A stretch of DNA of 64,000 nucleotides from an uncultured Microbacteriaceae bacterium (GCA_947487835.1 CANKXX010000004.1:173076-237075); one strand, 5' to 3'; positions 36,867 to 47,251 are shown, numbered from the stretch's first letter. Notes: generated by a model from the sequence alone, not told the origin. Numbers and translations: made by a program.

Positions 36867-37742
36867 GTGTTCGCCAACTACCTGATCGGCCTCCGCGAGG
36901 GACTCGAGGCCGCGCTCGTGGTGGGCATCCTGGTGTCCTACATCGTGAAGCTGCGCCGGCCCGACGTGCTCGGCCGACTCTGGGCGGGCGTCGCGCTCGC
37001 GGTGCTCGTCTCCCTGGCGATCGGCGCCCTGCTCACCTACGGCGCGTACGGGCTCACCTTCGAGGCGCAGGAGGCGATCGGCGGCGGTCTGTCGATCGTC
37101 GCCGCGGGCTTCGTCACGTGGATGGTGTTCTGGATGCTCCGCGCGGCGAAGGACCTGAAGCGGCACATTGCGAGCGACGTCGACCGCGCCCTGCTCGGGA
37201 GGGGCTGGGGCATCGTGCTCGTCGCCTTCCTCGCCGTGGGCCGGGAGGGCATCGAGACCGCCCTGTTCCTCTGGGCCGCCGTGCAGGCGACCGGATCGAC
37301 CACCATGCCGCTCCTCGGCGCCGCGCTCGGCATCGCGACGGCGGTCGTGCTCGGCTACCTGATCTACCGGGGCTTCCTCCGCGTCAACCTCTCCGCCTTC
37401 TTCACCTGGACGGGCGCGGCGCTGCTCGTCGTGGCCGCGGGCGTGCTCTCCTACGGGGTGCACGACCTCCAGGAGGCGGGCATCCTGCCCGGCCTGCACG
37501 CCCTCGCGTTCGACGTGAGCGCGGCCATCCCGCCCGACAGCTGGTACGGCACCCTGCTGAAGGGCACGGTGAACTTCTCCCCCGCCACCACCTGGCTGGA
37601 GGCCGCGGCTTGGTCGGCCTATGCCGTGCCCGCCCTCGTCCTCTTCGCCCGCGCCTCCCGCGGCCGGCGCGGTCCGACTGGTCCCGCAGCCGCGCCCCAC
37701 TCCGCCTCCGCGACTCCCGCGGCCGCGACGCCGGCCCGCTGA
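36867..37742 (+). CDS. efeU: Ferrous/ferric iron permease, FTR1/EfeU family
   Basis: Track ORF, 291 aa. Two REGxE motifs ([20 protein letters not shown]). Seven TM-like segments. Confidence 0.85.
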   Translation: MFANYLIGLREGLEAALVVGILVSYIVKLRRPDVLGRLWAGVALAVLVSLAIGALLTYGAYGLTFEAQEAIGGGLSIVAAGFVTWMVFWMLRAAKDLKRHIASDVDRALLGRGWGIVLVAFLAVGREGIETALFLWAAVQATGSTTMPLLGAALGIATAVVLGYLIYRGFLRVNLSAFFTWTGAALLVVAAGVLSYGVHDLQEAGILPGLHALAFDVSAAIPPDSWYGTLLKGTVNFSPATTWLEAAAWSAYAVPALVLFARASRGRRGPTGPAAAPHSASATPAAATPAR

Positions 37743-37835
37743 CCCGGCCGGCACCCGGCCTCTCTCCGACCCGCCCTCCAGCCCGGCCCATCGTCCCCCG
37801 TCCTCCATCGCAGTCCCCCCATCTCCAGGAGTCCC

Positions 37836-39029
37836 ATGTCGCCCCGTCCCTCCGCGCTCGCCGCGGCCGCCGTCCTCTGCGTCCTGCCGCTCAGCGCGTG
37901 CACCCCGAACGCCCCCACGGGCGGTGACGCGGCCTCCGCCCCTCTCGCGGTGACGAGCAGCGCGGACGACTGCGCCGTGGACGCGACCGAGGCGCCGAGC
38001 GGGCCGCTCTCCTTCTCCGTCTCCAACGACACCGACCAGGTCACGGAGTTCTACCTTCTGGCCGAGGACGGCCTGCGCATCGTGGGCGAGGTGGAGAACA
38101 TCGGCCCCGGCATCACCCGCACCCTGACCGTGCAGGCCCGGCCCGGCGAGTACTTCACCGTGTGCAAGCCCGGCATGGTGGGCGACGGCATCGGCAGGAA
38201 GGCGTTCACCGTGACGGACTCCGGTGCGGAGATCCGGCTGACCGGCGACCTCGAGGACCAGGGCGAGAAGGCGGCGGCGGACTACGTCGCCTACGTCAAG
38301 GATCAGGTGGGCCAGCTGGTCACCGCCACCGCATCCTTCGCCGACGCGTACCGCGCGGGCGACGACGCCACCGCGCGCTCCCTCTACGCGCCGAGCCGGG
38401 CGCACTACGAGCGAATCGAGCCGATCGCCGAGTCGTTCGGCGACCTCGACCCGAAGCTCGACTTCCGTGAGGCCGACGTGCCCGAGGGCGACGAGTGGAC
38501 CGGATGGCACCGGATCGAGAAGGACCTCTGGCCGCCCGCGGCCGCCGACAACGGCGGCGCGGAGTACGCGCCGCTCTCCGCGGAGGACCGCAATCGCTTC
38601 GCCGGCCTGCTCGTCGCCGACACGGGCGAGCTTTACGACGCCGTTCACGACGAGGGCTTCGAGGTGCCCATCGACTCGATCAGCAACGGGGCCGTCGGCC
38701 TGCTCGACGAGGTCGCCTCCGGCAAGATCACCGGCGAGGAGGAGATCTGGTCGCACTCCGATCTCTGGGACTTCCAGGCGAACCTCGAGGGTGCGCGCGT
38801 CGCGTTCGACGGGGTCCGGCCCATTGTCGAGCAGAAGGACGGCGAACTGGCCACCCGCCTCGACGCCCGCTTCGCCGCGCTCGAACGCCGGCTCGCGGCC
38901 TACGGCTCCCTGGAGAGCGGATTCGCCTCCTACACCGACCTCAGCACGGCGCAGGTGAAGGAGCTCGCGGACGGGGTCAACGCGCTCGCCGAGCCCCTCA
39001 GCACGCTCACCGCCGTGCTCGTCGGCTGA
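37836..39029 (+). CDS. efeO: Iron uptake lipoprotein EfeO (cupredoxin-like N-domain plus M75 peptidase-like domain)
   Basis: Track ORF, 397 aa. Lipobox LPLSAC. GWHRIEKDLW signature of the EfeO/EfeM family. Confidence 0.85.
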   Translation: MSPRPSALAAAAVLCVLPLSACTPNAPTGGDAASAPLAVTSSADDCAVDATEAPSGPLSFSVSNDTDQVTEFYLLAEDGLRIVGEVENIGPGITRTLTVQARPGEYFTVCKPGMVGDGIGRKAFTVTDSGAEIRLTGDLEDQGEKAAADYVAYVKDQVGQLVTATASFADAYRAGDDATARSLYAPSRAHYERIEPIAESFGDLDPKLDFREADVPEGDEWTGWHRIEKDLWPPAAADNGGAEYAPLSAEDRNRFAGLLVADTGELYDAVHDEGFEVPIDSISNGAVGLLDEVASGKITGEEEIWSHSDLWDFQANLEGARVAFDGVRPIVEQKDGELATRLDARFAALERRLAAYGSLESGFASYTDLSTAQVKELADGVNALAEPLSTLTAVLVG

Positions 39030-40315
39030 TGCCCGCGCAGCCCGAGGGCGGCGAGCGCCGCGGCCTCTCCCGCCGCGGCCTACTCGGACTGGCCGGGGCG
39101 GGGGTCGTCGGCGCGGGGGCCGGGGCGGGAACCGACCGCGCGGCAATGGCGCTCGCCTCCGGCGGCGCGACGGCTTCCACCGTGCATTCGTTCTACGCCC
39201 CGCACCAGGCGGGCATCGTCACCCCGGCCCAGGACCGGCTGCACTTCGCCTCGTTCGACGTCGCCGACATCACCCGGCCCGAGCTCGTCGAACTGCTCTG
39301 GGACTGGAGCGACGCGGCCGCGCGCATGACGGCCGGCCGCAGCGCGGGCGAGTACGGGCCCGCGGACGGACCCTACGACGCGCCGCCCGACGACACCGGG
39401 GAGGCGCTCGACCTGCCCGCATCCTCGCTCACCATCACGATCGGGTTCGGGCCGACCCTGTTCACCAGCGCGGACGGCAGGGATCGCTTCGGCATCGCGG
39501 CCCGGCGGCCGGACGCGCTCGTGGACCTGCCCGCGTTCCCCGGCGACGCGCTCGTCGACACGCTCGTGGGCGGTGACCTCTGCATCCAGGCCTGCAGCGA
39601 CGACCCCCAGGTGGCGGTGCACGCCATCCGCAACCTCTCCCGCATCGCGTTCGGACGCGCCGCCCTCCGCTGGTCGCAGCTCGGCTTCGGGCGCACGTCG
39701 TCCACCAGCCGCGCGCAGGCAACTCCGCGCAACCTCTTCGGCTTCAAGGACGGCACGGCGAACGTCAAGGCGGAGGACACCGGCCTCGTCGACGACCACG
39801 TCTGGGTCTCCCCCGCCGACGCGGCGGCCTGGATGACCGGCGGCAGCTACCTCGTCGCGCGCAAGATCCGCATGATCATCGAGACCTGGGACCGGGCCTC
39901 GCTCCGCGAGCAGGAGCGCGTCGTCGGGCGGACCAAGGGCACCGGTGCCCCGCTGTCCGGCGGGGAGGAGTTCACGGTGCCCGACTTCTCCGCGACCGGC
40001 CGCGCGGACGCGCCACTCATCGACCGCGACGCCCACGTGCGGCTCGCCCATCCCGGCGCCAACGGCGGGGCGATGCTGCTGCGCCGCGGCTACAACTTCG
40101 TGGACGGCAACGACGACCTCGGCAGGCTGAACGCCGGCATGTTCTTCGTCTGCTTCCAGCGGGATCCGCGGCGCCAGTTCATCCCGATCCAGCGAAGGCT
40201 CGCCGAGAACGATGCGATGAACGAGTACCTGCGGCACGTGGGCTCGGGCATCTTCGCCGTGCCCCCGGGTGCCAGGACGGGCTCCTACGTCGGCGCCCCG
40301 CTGTTCGGCGACTGA
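39029..40315 (+). CDS. efeB: Tat-exported Dyp-type peroxidase / deferrochelatase EfeB
   Basis: Track ORF 38495..40315. ATG 39029 overlaps the efeO TGA by 1 nt. Twin-arginine signal LSRRGLLGLAGAG. FGFKDGTAN and LLRRGYNF motifs. Confidence 0.9.
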   Translation: MPAQPEGGERRGLSRRGLLGLAGAGVVGAGAGAGTDRAAMALASGGATASTVHSFYAPHQAGIVTPAQDRLHFASFDVADITRPELVELLWDWSDAAARMTAGRSAGEYGPADGPYDAPPDDTGEALDLPASSLTITIGFGPTLFTSADGRDRFGIAARRPDALVDLPAFPGDALVDTLVGGDLCIQACSDDPQVAVHAIRNLSRIAFGRAALRWSQLGFGRTSSTSRAQATPRNLFGFKDGTANVKAEDTGLVDDHVWVSPADAAAWMTGGSYLVARKIRMIIETWDRASLREQERVVGRTKGTGAPLSGGEEFTVPDFSATGRADAPLIDRDAHVRLAHPGANGGAMLLRRGYNFVDGNDDLGRLNAGMFFVCFQRDPRRQFIPIQRRLAENDAMNEYLRHVGSGIFAVPPGARTGSYVGAPLFGD

Positions 40316-40331
40316 ACTCCCTGTCCCGGTA

Positions 40332-40412
40332 CCACGGTCCCTGACCTTCACGGTTCCTGAGCCTGACGAAGGGACGACACCGCAGCAGAAGCCTCGACAG
40401 GCTCGGCGACCG
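40332..40412. repeat. Family-1 hairpin repeat, locus D: half unit, full forward unit, then degenerate reverse unit (same architecture as locus A)
   Basis: ccacggtccctgacc (40332-46); ttcacggttcctgagcctgacgaagggacg (40347-76); gcctcgacaggctcggcgaccg (40391-412). It lies between the convergent ends of efeB and the glutathione peroxidase gene. Confidence 0.85.
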
Positions 40413-40425
40413 CACAGCCCCCGGC

Positions 40426-40911
40426 TCAGGACGCGGGGAGCGCCGCCTCGAGGGCCGCGATGAGCTCCGGCGCGTCCGGCTCGACGCTCGGCCGGAAGCG
40501 GTGCACCTCGCCGGACGGCGTGACGAGGAACTTCTCGAAGTTCCAGCTGACCCGGCCGGCCTTGCCCGCCGCATCCTTCGTCTTGGTCAGCTCGGCGTAG
40601 AGCGGATGCTGGGACCGGCCGTTGACCTTCACGCGCTCGAACATCGGGAAGGTCACGCCCCAGGTCGCGGAGCAGTACTGCGCGATCTTCTCCTCGCTGC
40701 CGAGCTCCTGCAGGAACTGATTGCTGGGGAAGCCGAGGACGGTGAAGCCGCGGTCGCCGTACGCGCGCTGCAACTGCTCGAGCTTCTCGTACTGCGGCGC
40801 GAGTCCGCAGCGAGACGCCACGTTGACGACGAGCACGACGCGGTCCGCGTACTCGCCGAACGAGGTGGCGGACCCGTCGATGCGGGTGAGGGGGATGTCC
40901 GAGAGGCCCAT
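40426..40911 (-). CDS. Glutathione peroxidase family protein (Cys type)
   Basis: Track ORF, 161 aa: VVNVASRCGLAPQY, GFPSNQF, WNFEKFLV. Confidence 0.9.
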   Translation of the reverse strand: MGLSDIPLTRIDGSATSFGEYADRVVLVVNVASRCGLAPQYEKLEQLQRAYGDRGFTVLGFPSNQFLQELGSEEKIAQYCSATWGVTFPMFERVKVNGRSQHPLYAELTKTKDAAGKAGRVSWNFEKFLVTPSGEVHRFRPSVEPDAPELIAALEAALPAS

Positions 40912-40953
40912 GGCGCGAGTCTAGGTCGCCCGCATGTGCCCCGCCCCAGGCTC

Positions 40954-41067
40954 CTGCCCAGGCAGGCGCATCCGTCGATCCCGCTCCCGTGCGCGACCCC
41001 GCGCCCCTGCCCAGGCAGCGGCATCGTGCCCAGGGTGAACCTGGGCAGGATGCTCCTGCCTGGGCAG
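40954..41067. repeat. Family-2 nested palindrome, locus P2: solitary left arm plus a full 19-23-19 module
   Basis: Solitary arm CTGCCCAGGCAGGCGCATC (40954-72). Module: CTGCCCAGGCAGCGGCATC (41007-25), GTGCCCAGGGTGAACCTGGGCAG (41026-48), GATGCTCCTGCCTGGGCAG (41049-67). It lies between the copA 3' end and the peroxidase 5' end. Confidence 0.8.
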
Positions 41068-41088
41068 GGGCGAATCGGAGGGGTGTGG

Positions 41089-43326
41089 TCAGGCGGCGCG
41101 GCGGGAGAAGGACCGCAGACGCAGGCTGTTGCTCACCACGAACACCGAGGAGAGGGCCATCGCGGCGCCCGCGATCAGCGGGTTGAGCAGGCCGAGCGCG
41201 GCGAGCGGGATGGCGGCCACGTTGTACGCGAAGGCCCAGAACAGGTTGCCCTTGATGATGGCGAGCGTGCGGCGCGACAGGCGCACGGCGTCGACGGCCG
41301 CGAGGAGGTCCCCGCTCACCACCGTGAGGTCGCTCGCCTCGATCGCCGCGTCCGTGCCGGTGCCCATCGCGATGCCGAGGTCCGCGGTCGCCAGCGCGAT
41401 CGCGTCGTTCACGCCGTCGCCGACCATCGCGACGACCCGTCCCTCGGAACGCAGCCGGGCGATGACGTCGGCCTTCTCGGCCGGCAGCACGCCCGCGTGC
41501 ACCTCGTCGATGCCCACGGCCGCCGCGACGGACCGCGCGACCTCCTCGTTGTCCCCGGTGAGGAGGATGGGGCGCAGGCCGAGGTCGCGGAACGCCGCGA
41601 CCGCCGCGGCGCTCGTGGGCTTCGGCGCGTCGGCCACCGCGAGAAGGCCGCGCACGACGCCGTCCTCCTCGATCGCGACGACCGTGTTGCCCGCGCGCTC
41701 CAGACGGGAGCGCTCGGCGTCCAGCGCGGGAGGCAACTCACCCGCGCCCGATTCGGCGAGCCACGCCGGTCGACCGACCCGCACGACGCGTCCGGCGAGG
41801 ACCGCCTCGACGCCCAGCCCGCGCTCGCTGCGGAACGACTCGAGCGCCGAGAGTGGAAGCCCCTCGGCCGCGCGCACGATGGCGGCCGCGACGGGATGCT
41901 CCGATCCGGACTCCGCCGTGGCCGCGAGCACCAGGAGGTCGTCCTCCGTGGTGCCGGGTGCGGGGACCACTGCCACGAGCGTCATGCGCCCGCTCGTCAC
42001 GGTGCCCGTCTTGTCGAGCACCACCGTGTCGACGCGGCGAGTCGACTCGAGCACCTGCGGCCCGCGGATGAGGATGCCCAGCTGGGCGCCGCGCCCGGTG
42101 CCGACGAGCAGCGCCGTCGGCGTCGCGAGGCCGAGCGCACAGGGGCAGGCGATGATCAGCGTCGCCACGGCGGCGGAGAACGCCATCTCCGCGCCCGCAC
42201 CGGTCAGCAGCCAGCCGACGAGCGTCAGGGCGGACAGCACGAGCACGACGGGCACGAACACGGCGCTCACGCGGTCGGCGAGGCGCTGCACGTCCGCCTT
42301 GCCCGACTGGGCCTCCTCCACGAGGCGCGCCATGCGGGCGAGCTCGGTGTCCGCCCCTACCCGCGTCGCGCGCACGACGAGCCGCCCGCCCACGTTGATG
42401 GTGGCGCCGACGACGCGGCCGCCCGGACCGACCTCGACGGGCACGCTCTCGCCGGTGAGCATGCTCGCATCCACTGCCGACGCGCCCTCCTCGACCTCGC
42501 CGTCGGTCGCGATCTGCTCGCCGGGGCGCACCACGAAGCGGTCGCCCACCCGCAGGGCGGAGATCGGGATGCGCGTCTCGCGTCCGCCGGTGAGCACGGC
42601 GGCATCCTTCGCGCCGAGGCGCAGCAGCGCGCGCAGGGCGGCGCCCGACGTGCGCTTCGCCCGCGCCTCGAAGTACCGGCCCGCGAGCAGGAACACCGTC
42701 ACCGCGGTCGCGACCTCGAGGTACAGCTCGTGCCCGCCGGAGCCGCGCTCGAGCGTCCACTCGAAGGACATCGTCGCGCCGATGCGGCCGGCCTCGCCCA
42801 GGAAGAGCGCGTAGAGGGACCAGCCGAACGCGGCGAGGACGCCGCCGCTGATGAGCGTGTCCATGGTCGTGGCGCGGTGCCGGGCGTTGAGCACGGCGGC
42901 CCGGTGGAAGGGCCAGGCGCCCCAGGAGACGACCGGCACGGCGAGGACCAGCGCGACCCACTGCCAGCCGGGGAACTGCAGCGGCGGGATCATCGACAGC
43001 GCGAGCACGGGCACCGTGAGCGCCGCCGAGACCAGGAGCCGGCGGCGGAGCAGGGCGGTCCGGGCGTCCTCGTGCCCGTCGGCCTCCGCGGTGCCGGCCT
43101 CGTCATCGGCGGGCGGCGGGACCTCGGCGGTGTAGCCGGTCGCCACGATCGTCGAGATGGCCTGGGCGACGCTCGTGCCCTCGGGCAGCAGCACCGTCGC
43201 CTTCTCGGTGGCGTAGTTGACGGATGCCTCGACCCCGGGCATCCGGTTGAGCTTCTTCTCGATGCGGGCGGAGCACGACGAGCAGGTCATGCCGCCGACG
43301 ACGAGTTCGACCCGCTCGGCGCTCAT
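41089..43326 (-). CDS. copA: Copper-translocating P1B-type ATPase
   Basis: Track ORF, 745 aa. N-terminal [39 protein letters not shown]. Confidence 0.9.
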   Translation of the reverse strand: MSAERVELVVGGMTCSSCSARIEKKLNRMPGVEASVNYATEKATVLLPEGTSVAQAISTIVATGYTAEVPPPADDEAGTAEADGHEDARTALLRRRLLVSAALTVPVLALSMIPPLQFPGWQWVALVLAVPVVSWGAWPFHRAAVLNARHRATTMDTLISGGVLAAFGWSLYALFLGEAGRIGATMSFEWTLERGSGGHELYLEVATAVTVFLLAGRYFEARAKRTSGAALRALLRLGAKDAAVLTGGRETRIPISALRVGDRFVVRPGEQIATDGEVEEGASAVDASMLTGESVPVEVGPGGRVVGATINVGGRLVVRATRVGADTELARMARLVEEAQSGKADVQRLADRVSAVFVPVVLVLSALTLVGWLLTGAGAEMAFSAAVATLIIACPCALGLATPTALLVGTGRGAQLGILIRGPQVLESTRRVDTVVLDKTGTVTSGRMTLVAVVPAPGTTEDDLLVLAATAESGSEHPVAAAIVRAAEGLPLSALESFRSERGLGVEAVLAGRVVRVGRPAWLAESGAGELPPALDAERSRLERAGNTVVAIEEDGVVRGLLAVADAPKPTSAAAVAAFRDLGLRPILLTGDNEEVARSVAAAVGIDEVHAGVLPAEKADVIARLRSEGRVVAMVGDGVNDAIALATADLGIAMGTGTDAAIEASDLTVVSGDLLAAVDAVRLSRRTLAIIKGNLFWAFAYNVAAIPLAALGLLNPLIAGAAMALSSVFVVSNSLRLRSFSRRAA

Positions 43327-43700
43327 CGGCTGGACGGCGCGAGGCTGTAGCCGGCCTCCGCGACGGCCGCCTCGACTGCGGCGGAGTCCAGCTCGGCGGC
43401 GCTCGTGACCGACACGGCGGACGAGCCGCCGGGAACGAGGTCGACGTCCACCGCACTCACCCCGTCGATCGCGCCGAGCTCCTCGGTGACGCTCGCGACG
43501 CAGTGGCCGCAGGTCATGCCGGTCACCTGCAGCACCGTCGTGATCTCGGCCGCGGCACCCGAGGAGGCTGCGGCGCCCGACGCGGTGCCCGCGGCGCCGT
43601 GTGCGTGGCCGTCCGTGGTCGTGTCGGCGGGCGCACAGCAGGCGCAGGAGGGGCCGGAGTTGATCAGGGGCAGCGGCGTGCCGCTGGAGAGTTCCGTCAT
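43323..43700 (-). CDS. copZ: Heavy-metal-associated (HMA) domain copper chaperone with a Cys/His-rich N-terminal extension
   Basis: Track ORF, 125 aa. [13 protein letters not shown]; N-terminal SCACCAP...DGHAHG. ATGA overlap with copA. Confidence 0.8.
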   Translation of the reverse strand: MTELSSGTPLPLINSGPSCACCAPADTTTDGHAHGAAGTASGAAASSGAAAEITTVLQVTGMTCGHCVASVTEELGAIDGVSAVDVDLVPGGSSAVSVTSAAELDSAAVEAAVAEAGYSLAPSSR

Positions 43701-43779
43701 GACAGTCCTTCGTGGATCAGGGTGAGTAGTCTCCGATCGCCGCCAAGGGATGGCGCGCGAAACGGTGGACCTTGGTCAA

Positions 43780-43799
43780 GGGTACCCGGGTAGGGTATG
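43780..43799. promoter_or_regulatory. CsoR operator candidate in the csoR / copZ-copA divergent region
   Basis: GGGTACCCGGGTAGGGTATG. TACCCGGGTA (43783-92) is a perfect 10-bp palindrome, and TACCC-N5-GGGTA is also present. This resembles the GC-rich TACCC...GGGTA operators described for CsoR-family repressors. Confidence 0.5.
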
Positions 43800-43824
43800 G
43801 TTGTCGAGTCACGAAGGAGAACCC

Positions 43825-44190
43825 ATGGCGAAGTCCGCATCCACCCCCGCCGCAGCGACCCCCGCTCTCGACGACGCGGTCCTCGACGCCGCAGGCGCGG
43901 AGCATGCGCAGCACGGCTACATCTCGAACAAGGACGACTACCTGAAGCGGCTGCGCCGCATCGAGGGCCAGGCGCGCGGCCTGCAGAACATGGTCGCCGA
44001 CGAGAAGTACTGCATCGACATCCTCACCCAGGTCTCCGCGATGACGAGCGCGCTCGAGTCCGTCGCTCTCGGCCTGCTCAACGAGCACCTGACGCACTGC
44101 GTCGCCGAGGCCGTGCGCTCGGGCGGGGACACGGCGGACGTGAAGATCAAGGAGGCGTCCGACGCCATCGCGCGGCTCGTCCGCTCCTGA
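43825..44190 (+). CDS. csoR: CsoR family copper-sensing transcriptional repressor
   Basis: Track ORF 43750..44190. ATG 43825 has AAGGAGA upstream. LKRLRRIEGQARGLQNMV...YCIDILTQVSA...HLTHC (C-H-C ligand pattern). Confidence 0.85.
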   Translation: MAKSASTPAAATPALDDAVLDAAGAEHAQHGYISNKDDYLKRLRRIEGQARGLQNMVADEKYCIDILTQVSAMTSALESVALGLLNEHLTHCVAEAVRSGGDTADVKIKEASDAIARLVRS

Positions 44191-44295
44191 CGCCGAATCC
44201 GCTCCCCCGGACTTCACCGGCGGTGCGTTCAGGTCACGTCGGCGTCACCACCGACCGCTTTCGGCCTCCGACCCCGCGGTCCTAGGCTGCCGGGC

Positions 44296-44787
44296 ATGAC
44301 CAGCGACAGCACCGACCGGCCGCGCGTGCGGCAGCTCCGCCTCGTCGTGACGGCGGATGACTACGACGCGGCCCTCGCCTTCTACCGCGACGTCCTCGGG
44401 CTGCCCGAGGACGAGGCCTACCAGGGCGAGGATGGCGCCCGCGTGACGATCCTCGACGCCGGCCGCGCGACGCTCGAGCTGTCGAATCCCGCGCAGGTGC
44501 GGATGATCGACGACGTGGAGGCGGAGGGCTCCCCCAGCGCCCGCATCCGGGTCGCGTTCGAGGTCGACGACTCCGCCGCCGTGACCGACGATCTCGTGCG
44601 CGCTGGTGCCGAGCTGATCGCGTCGCCGCGCATGACGCCGTGGCGATCGCTCAACTCCCGGCTCGAGGCGCCGGCCGGGCTGCAGCTGACCCTGTTCCAG
44701 GAGCTCGGGCTCGCCGACGCGTCCGGGATCGACGGCGCCGGGCACGGCTCCGAGGGGTCCGACGGGTCCGGGGACTCCCGGCCCTAG
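44296..44787 (+). CDS. VOC (glyoxalase/bleomycin-resistance fold) family protein
   Basis: Track ORF, 163 aa: LRLVVTADDYDAALAFYRDVLGL. Gly/Ser/Asp-rich tail. Confidence 0.75.
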   Translation: MTSDSTDRPRVRQLRLVVTADDYDAALAFYRDVLGLPEDEAYQGEDGARVTILDAGRATLELSNPAQVRMIDDVEAEGSPSARIRVAFEVDDSAAVTDDLVRAGAELIASPRMTPWRSLNSRLEAPAGLQLTLFQELGLADASGIDGAGHGSEGSDGSGDSRP

Positions 44788-45329
44788 TCCACCCCCGCCG
44801 ACGGCCACCGGTCCGCGATCCACTCGGGCCACCCCGCGAACGCCGCCGGCGGCGCGTCGATGTCGGGGCCGAACTCGTCCTCGGTCGGCGCCTCGAAGAC
44901 CTCTCGGTAGCGGACGAGGTCATCGTCGGTCATGACGAACGTCTCGGCGGGGTCGCGGTCGAATCGGGAGAGCACGCGCTGCCGCTGGGTCTCCTCGTCG
45001 ACCGGGAGCCAGACGACGATGCAGCCCGCGCCCGCCTCCGCCGCGAGGGCGCGGAGGGCGGACCGCTCGTCCCGGCCCCAGAGCCCGAAATCGAGCACGA
45101 CGTCCGTGCCCGCGGCGAGCGCCCGGCGCGCGAGCCAGACGAATCGGCCCTCGAGCACGTCCCGCGCGCCGTCGACGTCGGACTCGCCGAACAGGGGAAG
45201 CATCCACTCGTCCGGCGTGAGGCGGAGGGCCCGGTGCTCGCGCTCCAGTTCCCGCGCCCGCGTCGTCTTGCCCGCGCCCGGAAGGCCCACCATCAGGAAC
45301 AGGGTGGGGCGGTCCGGGCCGGCGGTCAC
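44784..45329 (-). CDS. P-loop ATPase/kinase-like protein (AAA_33-like)
   Basis: Track ORF 44784..45356. LFLMVGLPGAGKTTRAREL. The start is set to GTG 45329, which overlaps the upstream stop as GTGA. Confidence 0.7.
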   Translation of the reverse strand: MTAGPDRPTLFLMVGLPGAGKTTRARELEREHRALRLTPDEWMLPLFGESDVDGARDVLEGRFVWLARRALAAGTDVVLDFGLWGRDERSALRALAAEAGAGCIVVWLPVDEETQRQRVLSRFDRDPAETFVMTDDDLVRYREVFEAPTEDEFGPDIDAPPAAFAGWPEWIADRWPSAGVD

Positions 45330-47181
45330 GTGAGCGTCCGCCGGAAGAACTCCCACACCGCCGCCTGCAGCTGCGCCGTGCTGCGGTTGTCCACCGCGCC
45401 GCCGTGGCCGCCGTCCGCGTTCTCGTAGTACCAGACGTCCGGGACGCCGAGCTGCTCCATGCGGGCCGCCATCTTCCGCGCCTGCACGGGGCCCACGCGG
45501 TCGTCACTCGTCGCCGCGTACAGGAGCAGGGCGGGGTACTCCACCCCGGCGGAGACGTTGTGGTACGGCGAGAACCCGCGGATGTACTCCCACTGCTCGG
45601 GGTCGTCCGGGTCGCCGTACTCGGCGATCCAGGACGCGCCCGCCGACAGCCGGGTGTAACGGCGCATGTCGAGCAGGGGCACGCCGCAGACGATCGCGCC
45701 GAACAGCTCCGGGTACCGGGTGAGCATGTTGCCGACGAGGAGGCCGCCGTTGCTGCGCCCCTCGCAGCCGAGGTGCCCGGGCGACGTCACGCCGCGGGCG
45801 ACCAGGTCCCGCGCCACCGCGGCGAAGTCCTCGTAGGCCCGCGGCCGGTTCTCCTTGAGCGCGGCCCGGTGCCAGGCCGGACCGTACTCGCCCCCGCCCC
45901 GGATGTTGGCAACGACGTACACGCCGCCGCCCTCGAGCCACCCGCGGCCGACGACACCGCTGTAGGCCGGCACGCGCGCGTGCTCGAAGCCGCCGTAGCC
46001 GGACAGCACCGTCGGGTTCGACCCGTCGAGCACGAGCCCCTTCGGCGCCACCTGGAAGTAGGGCACCCGGGTGCCGTCGTCCGACGTCACCCAGTGCTGC
46101 TCGACCTCGAACGCGTCCTCGTCGAAGAAGGAAGCGGCCGCCTTCGCCTGCCGGTGCGGCTCCATTCCGAGCACGCCGCGGCGCAGGGTGGGCGGCGTGA
46201 GGAATCCCGAGACGTGCAGCCAGTACTCGTCCGACTCGTCGGGGTCGGTGTCGATCACCGAGACGGAACCGAACGACGGCACCCCCTCCAGCTCGCTCGC
46301 CGCCCAGTCGTGGAGGGGCGACAGCACGCGGATGCGCGACGAGACGTCGTGCAGCAGGGTGAGCTTCAGGGCGCTTCCGGTCCAGGCCCAGTGCTCGAGG
46401 GCGGTGTGCTCGTCCGGCTCGAACAGCACGCGCGGGGAGCGGTCGCCGGCGAGGAAGTCGTCGAGCCGTGCCGCGAGCAGGTACCCGGGCGGGTAGGTCC
46501 GGCTTCCCAGGACCGTGTCGGCACGCGTGCGCACGAGGAGCCACTCCCGGTGCACGTCGACGTCCGCATCCTCCGGCACGTCGATCGGCACGAGCGAGCC
46601 GTCCCGGAGCAGGAACGTGCGGCTGCGGTAGAAGTCGTACACCTCGGTCACGAGGTCACGGTGTCGCGGTCGATCCAGCCGACGCTGCTCTTGGCCGTGG
46701 GGATCTCGAAGCCGCCCGGCACGAACGAGCGCGTCGCGAGGTCGAACTCGCGTACCGTCACGGCGTCGCCGCCGTCCGGCGAGAGCGACACGAGCGCGCG
46801 GTCGAGCGTGGGGCGCAGCAGCGCCGAGCCCGCGTAGACCCAGGACGTGCCCTCCTCGCGGCCGAGCGCGTCGACGTCGAGGAGCACGTCCCACTCCGGG
46901 TCATCGGTCAGGTAGCTCGCGAGGGTCGTACGCCGCCAGAGGCCGCGCGGGTGCTCGGCGTCGCGCCAGAAGTTGTAGTAGTGGTCGCCGCGGTGGTGCA
47001 CGACCGGGATGCGCTCCTCGGAGTCGTACACCTCGAGCAGGCGCTCCACCGTGTCCGTGTAGCGGTCGGACGCGAGCCAGTCGGTCGTGCGGGTGGTCCG
47101 CTCGGCCGCCCAGGCCAACTGGTCCGCGCCGTGGATGTCCTCGAGCCACAGGTGGGGGTCGTCGAGCGTGCCGTCCGTCAT
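45326..47181 (-). pseudogene. Prolyl oligopeptidase (S9A) split over two reading frames, probably also missing an internal segment
   Basis: N-terminal frame 46648..47181 (MTDGTLDDPHLWLEDIHG...VGWIDRDTVTS*). C-terminal frame readable from about 46657 (DLVTEVYDFYRSRTFLL...) to 45326, with the catalytic GRSNGGLL Ser, SDDRV Asp and GGHGG His. The frames overlap at 46648-46657. Confidence 0.7.
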
Positions 47182-47222
47182 CCCGCCAGCCTAGGACGGA
47201 CCCTCTCTCGTTCCCGGGCACC

Positions 47223-47251
47223 CCACGGTCCCTGAGCCTGCCGACGGGACG
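47223..47251. repeat. Family-1 hairpin repeat, locus E (single forward unit)
   Basis: ccacggtccctgagcctgccgacgggacg, in the divergent region between the peptidase remnant and the YjbR-like gene. Confidence 0.8.

Noticed and set aside
36547-36885. Track ORFs 36547..36885(+) and 36611..36814(+) inside the purine-rich tract
   Set aside because: Their translations (GRKGTRTGSGRDQGGNRAESG...) merely reflect the GA-rich repeats. They have no start context, and the second runs through the IdeR-like box into the efeU promoter.
46640-46665. Programmed ribosomal frameshift joining the two prolyl oligopeptidase frames
   Set aside because: There is no slippery heptamer or downstream pseudoknot-like structure. 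The joined product also seems to lack tens of residues of the propeller, which fits a deletion better than recoding.
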